Below are positions 57,412 to 64,000 of a DNA stretch of 64,000 nucleotides, piece after piece (position 1 is the stretch's first letter; every line of letters begins with the position of its first letter). A program made the translations under genes and the position numbers. A model generated the notes under the pieces. That model was not told the DNA's origin and ran no database searches. It saw nothing but the letters and a program-made list of their open reading frames with translations. Origin of the DNA: Candidatus Micrarchaeota archaeon. Its GTDB lineage: Archaea; Micrarchaeota; Micrarchaeia; Anstonellales; Bilamarchaeaceae. The DNA lies in assembly GCA_018812625.1 (NCBI GenBank), contig JAHJDH010000001.1, positions 19,967 to 83,966 of the forward strand. Direction: 5' to 3'.

Positions 57412-60400
57412 TTGGGCGAGAGTAACTCATCAACTGGCAATTCTTCAACTAAGCCAAATGTATCTATGAGAAGTTTAAGGTCTCGGATTACCTCCCCTGA
57501 AGCAACCGCAAGATCTTTGATCAAAAAAACTTTCCCAGCAACCTATCATTTTGAAGCACCAAAGATTCCCATCATTAAATTTTCAACTGCATTTGAGCTT
57601 GAAAATGAGACAAACGTAATATCTCGTCCAGGAGATGATTTTCGACATACTCATCCACAACTGCCTGGCAGGGATTATAGCGAGCAGCAGCGTACATTTG
57701 CAATTGGTCTTGTTATTGAAGCAGAACAAATGGCCAGAGATCCTGATGCTCCAGTGCCAGATACAGTAACTCCTCAAAAAGAACGTCTTCTAATGAGTAT
57801 CCTCGCAAATCCAAATTTCAAAAAAGCTGCAATAAAATCTGATCGCTCAACAGAGCTTAGAATTGCTTTTGAAGAACTTGATCTTAATCTCCATTTTATT
57901 GAATTATCCAGGTCTTCGTCTGGAGCATCTGTTGAAGAATTGCGTGCTTTGGCAAAAGCGGATATAGAATTGGCAAATGATATACTCTTATATCACCAGG
58001 CTGATCCGAATTCAGAAGATAGCAAAGGAGGTGTAGCATCAGTACCACCACTTAATTTCATGTACGTCGGACTTCCGATTTTTGAAAATGCTCTCAAGAA
58101 GGACAATTCAAAAACTGCTCCATTTACTCTTGCGCTGCAACTACTTCCTGATTTGCGCTGGATCGAATCCAGAATTCCACAGATTCTTGATGAATCGGCT
58201 AGGGCTCAAGCTCTTACTGATTATTCAAATGCCAGAGGCGTGCTTGACATTTACGAATACAGGCTGCAAAATCCTGTTGCTGGTGATCTAACCAAAGAGG
58301 GTTTTGTTGAAAGACGCATGGCCCAATTAAAACATACTTCAAGATTGGACGATGCACTACAGGTTTCATCTGAACTTGAAGTTCTTAATAACCATATTTC
58401 TGAGCTGATGTCCAAGCCATTGGAACTCCTCGAAGACTTAGCAATACCCGTTGCAGTTGAGGATCTTGAGGCTGCAATTGAGACTCTAGCTGAATATCAC
58501 GGAGCAGTAAAAGCTGAAAGTATTTCCTCTTCACTTACCTCATCAAAAGTAAAACGCCTTGCCCAATTAGTAGAACTACACGGTTCCAAATATACCGAAC
58601 TTCAACTTGCACTTGATGTTATTGATGAGATGCGAGCAGAATTTAAGGCAATTTCTACTGAACGCCCGCCTCCAATTTCAAAATCAACTCCAGTTCGGGC
58701 ATCATCTCCACCAAAATCAAGACTTGATTTTTTATTTCCATTTCCACATGTTGCAGATTCTGATGCTGAATTTGAATCACTCCTTCCAGGATCCGATGTT
58801 CGAAACTCCCAGCTAATCAAAAGAGTAGCAAGAACCCTGAAAACATATTCACTTTCCAGTATCCCATACAAGGATGTTCCTGATGTTTACAAAAAATCTG
58901 TTGCGTCACTTCGTCATGATTATTCTCATGCTGGTACTGTGCGAATGGCAAAAACACTTGTAACCATATCTCATGGAATGGGAATGATTTCTGATGTCTA
59001 TCCAGAATTTCCTACTCCTTTAGAGCAAGCTGAATATGAAGCGCTTTTAGCTACTATGAAATCAACAGATCCATCTTTCATTACTAATCATTTTGAAGAT
59101 GAATTGCCTTCTTCAGAAGCTCTTGAAAATGCATTGATTTTGCTCAAGAATGGTCCTGCTCTTTTCAGAAATCATGTTATGGGTGGATGGGGCAATGGAA
59201 CTCTTCCAGAAGAAATTTGTGGCTATTATGATCCGGATACAAAGCTTATCATTGCTTTTGATGATCCTGATCTTTCAGAGGAGATAACTCAGGATGCAAT
59301 ATATTTTGAATTTTCTGTTGATCCAAACACAAGTCGTGTTCATTTAGTAACTGGATGGGATGCTCCTTCAATTGCATATCTTGATGGAATGCAAGTGGCT
59401 GAACTACTTGAAACTTCTGAGGAACCAACTTCTGATCTTTTTGAGGAACCAAGTCTCGATCCTTTAGCTGACCTTCATTTTGAGCCTCCTGTTGAAGCTG
59501 CGGATGCTGAAGCGCGCGAAGTTCGGCCAGTTCAACCTGTGCCAGAATTAAGTCTGGATGAAGAAATTACTGAACCTGAATCTGAGCTTCGGAAATGGAT
59601 GGACTCTCAGCGCACTGTTAAAGATAGCAAACCAGGAACCCCCCTTGAAGCAGTTTTGGGTGAAGCCGGTGCACCAGAGCCTCATCCAACTGAATTAGAT
59701 TGGCCAGAAGGCATAGAGGTTGAGATAGGAACTTCTGATTTTGATGAACCTGCTGTTCCTCCAAGTGAGCGAATTACTCATCCGGAGATCACTCCTTCAA
59801 ACAAAACAGTTATGGGATGGCTAGAGCTTCCATCAGAAGCTCCAACAACTCCACCTCCACCAAAAGTTTCTGATGATGTTTCAACAGAATTGGTTTTTGA
59901 TCTTCCAAACGTTGGTATTAATGATGAGCTTGAAGCAGCTCTGAATCAAAGTTTCCCCCGCAAGATTGGCGGAGTAGAAAATCCTAGAAACGTTAACATA
60001 AGAAGAGTTGCGAGAACATTGGTTCTTTATCTTGGCCTTAATTCAGAATATCCAAGATCTGCAGAACAAGTTCAAATGCTACTCACTGTCCGCTCTGGCT
60101 CTCCAGTCGATCCAACAATTCCACCTGTTTATGCCAAGGCAGTTGAATCACTTAAGGACAATCCAGATCTTTCAAATCTTATTCCTCTTGCAGTAGGTCT
60201 TGTTAATGCCAGTGAAGAAGCATCTGGCCAGAAATCGACTGCAATGCTTCCAGATTCACCTCCATCTGCGGTCCCAGCACGTCCTGCACTTGTTCCGCAG
60301 CCTGCACAACCACCACTTGTTACTGAGCCAATATCTTCCGTATTTGATCAGCCGCCTGTAGAAGACGATCAAACCATTTTCCAAAGGTTGCAACCTCATC

Positions 60401-62364
60401 AAAAAATTCTGATTGCAAAAGCACTCTATCAAACCGACTGCACTGCAGATGATCTTGAAAAGTTCAGAACAATGGATTCTGGCGTTCGTGAGCTTCACAT
60501 GCAGAATTACATTGCATCTGTTTGGCCGCAGGGCGATTTCAAAAGAAACCTTGCCAGCTTCAAAGAAGCTAAATGTTCTCTCTATCAAATGTTTTCCCTT
60601 TCTTTGCCATCTCCATCTGAAAAGGAGCGTGCAATAACAAATCCTGCAAACCTTTCTTCAGTTCAAAGAGATATGGTTGCAAGTCTTTTTGGAATTCATG
60701 CTTCTGAAGTTACTGGAAAACACATTACTGGTTTTGGAATTTGGGTCAGCGGAGAACATGCAGAGCTGCTGAGTTACTGGGAACAAACTTTGCTCGATGA
60801 TTTCAATATTATTTCACTTTCCCAATCCATGGTCACATCAAAAGCATCGCCCTACCATAGACTTTCATCAGAAAATCTCATGCTCCTTTCATTTATTCTA
60901 AATAAGGATCCAATGCAAATGACCCCGCAGGATTTTGTAAATATCGAAGCTGTTACTGCATTTAGGAAAAAACTAAGACATAATGCATATTTCTGGAGGG
61001 ATGCTAACGAATATTCCATATTGAATGCATTTGCATACAAGTGGTTTACTTCAACAAAAGAGCAAAGACAAAGGCAATGGATGAACAGTTCTGTAAACCT
61101 ATTTTCTGTTTCTGATTTTGCCCATCGTTTAAGATTTGTTAAACCAATGACTTATGCTGAAGCAGATACAAAAATACTCGAAGCAATTTATGAAAAACCT
61201 ATTGCAGAAATTCCTCAAGATAATATCACTGCTTTTGCCAGTGCAATTTTGAACAAAACATATGGTGACAGGGCAAAAGAGTATTATCCTCAGCTCCTGA
61301 GGCTCTTTAAAATCGCAGGCGATCCGAAAAATCTTCGCGAAACAGTTTCCAAGAATGAAAAATTCAATATTCTGCTTGAGTTTTTAGGCGGTCCAAAACT
61401 GGCAGTACAAGCAGAGTTTGTTAAAGTTGCTGGACTTACTGCTCCTAAATTCCAAACCCGTCAGGTTGATGATAATGGCAGAAAAAGCTTGCGTGTAACT
61501 GATAACTACTGCGAGACAAATGATGATTGCTTTACTGGTGTTCAAATAACTTTGCCAAACGGCCAGGTTATTCATATGAATGGAGTATTTGATGGTATGG
61601 GCGGCCATGATACGATGAAAGGTCTTGTTCCAGGTTATATGAGCAATGGTCAGGTTGCAAGCAATGTTGCAAGAGAAACAGTAGAACTTTGTGCAAGTGC
61701 AGGCTGGATTCAGACTCCTGAAGAAGCGCGCCGTGCAATTGTTATTGCTGATCTTGCTGTAGTCTTTGAACAAATCGCAAAGAAAAAAGATCCAGACAGT
61801 ACTTATCAGGAAAACGATATGGGTACGACTGCAACAATTACTCTAAGAATTGGAAATCAGTTTTATGGAATCCATGCTGGCGATAGTGAATACAAAGTTA
61901 TTCGAGATGGAGAAGTTGTCTTCCAATGTCCAATTCATAATATGGGTTATATGATGAAATCTCTTGGACAGGAGTCCAATGGAAAATTCCCAACTAATGT
62001 CATTGTTTCTGCTCTTGGTACATTATCCTCCTTTATTGATATTAATGGATTCAAGCTGCAAAATGGGGATAAAATATTCGTTTCTTCGGATGGAATTAGC
62101 GATCTTATGCTGGATGCAGAGATTGTGAGCATACTTGGTCAATATCCTAATTTGGATGATGCTGGTCATGCTATGCTGAGGCTTGCGGAATCAAGGAAAC
62201 AAAAAGGAAGATATACTTCATCAATACCTCCTGATCCATCAAATGGCTCTGCTTCAGAGGAGATCAAAGGGCATAATGATGACAAGACTGTGGTTTTAGA
62301 TGAGTATTCTTTTGATGGTAGAGATGTGGCTTCATTTTTGGAATCCACCTGGGAGGTTTCATAA
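57412..62364 (+). CDS. 1650-aa orphan protein with C-terminal PP2C/PPM Ser/Thr phosphatase domain
   Basis: NDDC, GVFDGMGGH, MGTTAT, HAGDS, SSDGISD, HNDDKTVV. Confidence 0.88.
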   Translation: MGESNSSTGNSSTKPNVSMRSLRSRITSPEATARSLIKKTFPATYHFEAPKIPIIKFSTAFELENETNVISRPGDDFRHTHPQLPGRDYSEQQRTFAIGLVIEAEQMARDPDAPVPDTVTPQKERLLMSILANPNFKKAAIKSDRSTELRIAFEELDLNLHFIELSRSSSGASVEELRALAKADIELANDILLYHQADPNSEDSKGGVASVPPLNFMYVGLPIFENALKKDNSKTAPFTLALQLLPDLRWIESRIPQILDESARAQALTDYSNARGVLDIYEYRLQNPVAGDLTKEGFVERRMAQLKHTSRLDDALQVSSELEVLNNHISELMSKPLELLEDLAIPVAVEDLEAAIETLAEYHGAVKAESISSSLTSSKVKRLAQLVELHGSKYTELQLALDVIDEMRAEFKAISTERPPPISKSTPVRASSPPKSRLDFLFPFPHVADSDAEFESLLPGSDVRNSQLIKRVARTLKTYSLSSIPYKDVPDVYKKSVASLRHDYSHAGTVRMAKTLVTISHGMGMISDVYPEFPTPLEQAEYEALLATMKSTDPSFITNHFEDELPSSEALENALILLKNGPALFRNHVMGGWGNGTLPEEICGYYDPDTKLIIAFDDPDLSEEITQDAIYFEFSVDPNTSRVHLVTGWDAPSIAYLDGMQVAELLETSEEPTSDLFEEPSLDPLADLHFEPPVEAADAEAREVRPVQPVPELSLDEEITEPESELRKWMDSQRTVKDSKPGTPLEAVLGEAGAPEPHPTELDWPEGIEVEIGTSDFDEPAVPPSERITHPEITPSNKTVMGWLELPSEAPTTPPPPKVSDDVSTELVFDLPNVGINDELEAALNQSFPRKIGGVENPRNVNIRRVARTLVLYLGLNSEYPRSAEQVQMLLTVRSGSPVDPTIPPVYAKAVESLKDNPDLSNLIPLAVGLVNASEEASGQKSTAMLPDSPPSAVPARPALVPQPAQPPLVTEPISSVFDQPPVEDDQTIFQRLQPHQKILIAKALYQTDCTADDLEKFRTMDSGVRELHMQNYIASVWPQGDFKRNLASFKEAKCSLYQMFSLSLPSPSEKERAITNPANLSSVQRDMVASLFGIHASEVTGKHITGFGIWVSGEHAELLSYWEQTLLDDFNIISLSQSMVTSKASPYHRLSSENLMLLSFILNKDPMQMTPQDFVNIEAVTAFRKKLRHNAYFWRDANEYSILNAFAYKWFTSTKEQRQRQWMNSSVNLFSVSDFAHRLRFVKPMTYAEADTKILEAIYEKPIAEIPQDNITAFASAILNKTYGDRAKEYYPQLLRLFKIAGDPKNLRETVSKNEKFNILLEFLGGPKLAVQAEFVKVAGLTAPKFQTRQVDDNGRKSLRVTDNYCETNDDCFTGVQITLPNGQVIHMNGVFDGMGGHDTMKGLVPGYMSNGQVASNVARETVELCASAGWIQTPEEARRAIVIADLAVVFEQIAKKKDPDSTYQENDMGTTATITLRIGNQFYGIHAGDSEYKVIRDGEVVFQCPIHNMGYMMKSLGQESNGKFPTNVIVSALGTLSSFIDINGFKLQNGDKIFVSSDGISDLMLDAEIVSILGQYPNLDDAGHAMLRLAESRKQKGRYTSSIPPDPSNGSASEEIKGHNDDKTVVLDEYSFDGRDVASFLESTWEVS

Positions 62365-62452
62365 TGAACCACGTTTGTTTATCTATCGAAACATTTAAAT
62401 ATACTATCCCACACATGTATATATTAAAACACTTTATATTATTTACATCGAG

Positions 62453-63178
62453 GTGATGAGTTTGGCGGAACAAAAAAGTAAAACTGAAACTATTACACAA
62501 AGTCGTGCACTTGCAGCACATTCTGAAAACGTTACCAACTTAATGGGCGGGCGTTTGGGTCAAACCTTAATGGAAGGTTTGAGAATCGTCGAAAACGGCG
62601 CTAAAGCTGGTCGAGAATCCATGGAGCAAAGGCTTGGGGAAAGACTTGATTCTGTTTCTAATGAAGCATCTGCAGCAGCAGGAAAAGCTTCAGCTGCTGA
62701 AAAGTCTGCATCAACTGCAGCAACAAGCGCAACCGAGGCAAAAGCCGCAGCAGCAGCAGCTCAAAAATCAGCAGAAGAAACTTCTGACAAGGCATCTGCA
62801 ATGGCTGATGATGTTGCAAAAGTTACATCTGAATCAACTGCAGCAAAAGAGTTGGCAGAATCTGCAAAAAGTTCTGTTACTGATCTTTTGAAAGCACTTA
62901 CAATCAAAGTAGTTCGAAAAGTCGGTGAAGAAGCACAGCAAATAACCGGCGGTGATGCAATTTCTCATTTGGTTAAGTCTGTCAGTAATTTCGGACATAC
63001 ACTTGCAAGATTCCAGGAAAGAATTGCAGAAGTTGAAACTGATGTTAAGGACCTAAAAGCCGATGTACCAGAAGTCGAAGCACTATTTGGGGATATTATA
63101 TATACACTAAAACAAAGCGGCTTTGATTTACAAGAAGCTCCAAAACCAAAAGAAGGAGATAAAGGAGGAGATTCATAA
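62453..63178 (+). CDS. Ala/Ser-rich coiled-coil orphan protein
   Basis: EASAAAGKASAAEKSASTAATSATEAKAAAAAAQKSAEE; heptads near the C-terminus; exact start uncertain. Confidence 0.7.
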   Translation: MMSLAEQKSKTETITQSRALAAHSENVTNLMGGRLGQTLMEGLRIVENGAKAGRESMEQRLGERLDSVSNEASAAAGKASAAEKSASTAATSATEAKAAAAAAQKSAEETSDKASAMADDVAKVTSESTAAKELAESAKSSVTDLLKALTIKVVRKVGEEAQQITGGDAISHLVKSVSNFGHTLARFQERIAEVETDVKDLKADVPEVEALFGDIIYTLKQSGFDLQEAPKPKEGDKGGDS

Positions 63179-64000
63179 TGGCTTTAAGAAACCTAAGAAA
63201 ACAATTCCAAGGCGGAGCTGAGAAAAAGGAAGCACCTCCAAAATTACCTGATCCAAAACCAGAGGAACCTCGAGCTGGTTGTGGACCAACTCCAGGAAAT
63301 AATCCAGGAGATCATGATCTAACAAGGGAAGCTGATGTTGAAGAACAAAAGGCACTAGCAAAAAAATCAAGGCCTCCAGCAGCAGAAGCTATGGCTGCTG
63401 AAACAAGAGAAGTAGATCTTGAAGATCTTGATAGCGGAACTGGTCTTGGAGAAGATCCAGGTCTTGCTGATGCTCTTGAAGGTTCTGATGCTGATAGTGT
63501 TTCAGAAGATGCTGATCAGGTTCTTGCTGAATTGCAGGAAGCACTTGATGCAGTCGACGATGATCTTGTTGATCCATTAACTACAGAAGCAGATCTTTCT
63601 CAAACTCCTGAAGAAGAAGAATCTACCCCTCCTATTCCAGCTGCTCCTAAAAAGCCTCTAAGAACTGGAGCAACTCCAAAAGTAGAGGAACCAGAAGAAG
63701 ATGAGAAAAAGCTGGATATGGATGCTGTACAATCAGTAGTCCAGGCAGCACTAACAAAACTTTTAGCTCCTATTGAAGCAAAACTAGAAGAACTTGGAAA
63801 AAAGGTTGTTGGTCTTGAAATTGCCTTCCTAGGTGAAGATGAAGAGGAAGATGAAGAGCCAGACCAAGAAGTTGAAGATCTTAAAGAAAGGGTAGCCAAA
63901 GTTGAAGGCTTAAAAACATCAGTTGATGGCCTTGAAAGTGATATTAAAGGACTTCGCGATCTTATTGATGGTGAAAACGGCATTTCAGTATCTATTGGTC
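63178..64000 (+). CDS. Acidic disordered plus coiled-coil orphan protein, 3'-truncated, absent from ORF track
   Basis: ATG overlaps upstream TAA with GGAGGAG SD; frame open to window end: MALRNLRKQFQGG...LKERVAKVEGLKTSVDGLESDIKGLRDL. Confidence 0.75.
   Translation, partial: MALRNLRKQFQGGAEKKEAPPKLPDPKPEEPRAGCGPTPGNNPGDHDLTREADVEEQKALAKKSRPPAAEAMAAETREVDLEDLDSGTGLGEDPGLADALEGSDADSVSEDADQVLAELQEALDAVDDDLVDPLTTEADLSQTPEEEESTPPIPAAPKKPLRTGATPKVEEPEEDEKKLDMDAVQSVVQAALTKLLAPIEAKLEELGKKVVGLEIAFLGEDEEEDEEPDQEVEDLKERVAKVEGLKTSVDGLESDIKGLRDLIDGENGISVSIG

Noticed and set aside
13274..62440. GTATAT motif downstream of TATA boxes of several orphan genes
   Set aside because: Short AT-rich motif with variable spacing; not distinguishable from background by eye
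453..62521. Numerous short antisense or alternate-frame ORFs in the track
   Set aside because: They overlap confidently assigned genes and show no recognisable protein motifs
63173..63983. Three minus-strand track ORFs
   Set aside because: Shadows of the plus-strand ORF starting at 63178, which has an SD and translational coupling
1..64000. CRISPR array or cas genes
   Set aside because: No regularly spaced 25-40 bp repeats and no Cas motifs seen

Overview
Archaeal chromosomal window with dense, mostly housekeeping gene content: PolB, DNA ligase, thermosome, SRP54, SecD/SecF, Rpo6, Rpo7/Spt4, Pus10, NurA, NreA, PurD, PyrE, Dcd, FolC, GGGP synthase, geranylgeranyl reductase and Ino1. Gene content, GGTGA/GAGGTG ribosome-binding sites and an intron-rich tRNA suggest a DPANN archaeon, probably Micrarchaeota (inference). 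Features the ORF track misses: tRNA-Gly(GCC), RNase P RNA, a tRNA-Ala(CGC) split by three bulge-helix-bulge-type introns, rpo6, a cysteine-free Spt4, a 58-aa ORF and a 3'-truncated ORF. The best candidate for an undescribed system is a set of orphan genes scattered among housekeeping genes: a bacterial-type membrane Ser/Thr kinase with a PEGA domain, a 1650-aa protein ending in a PP2C phosphatase, and acidic disordered proteins rich in T-x-x-[IVL] motifs. Many of these share Arg-rich N-terminal leaders, and the window also holds pilin-like genes plus TadA-like and VirB4-like ATPases. No CRISPR array, integrase or transposase was seen. All calls come from motif reading by eye, without database searches.
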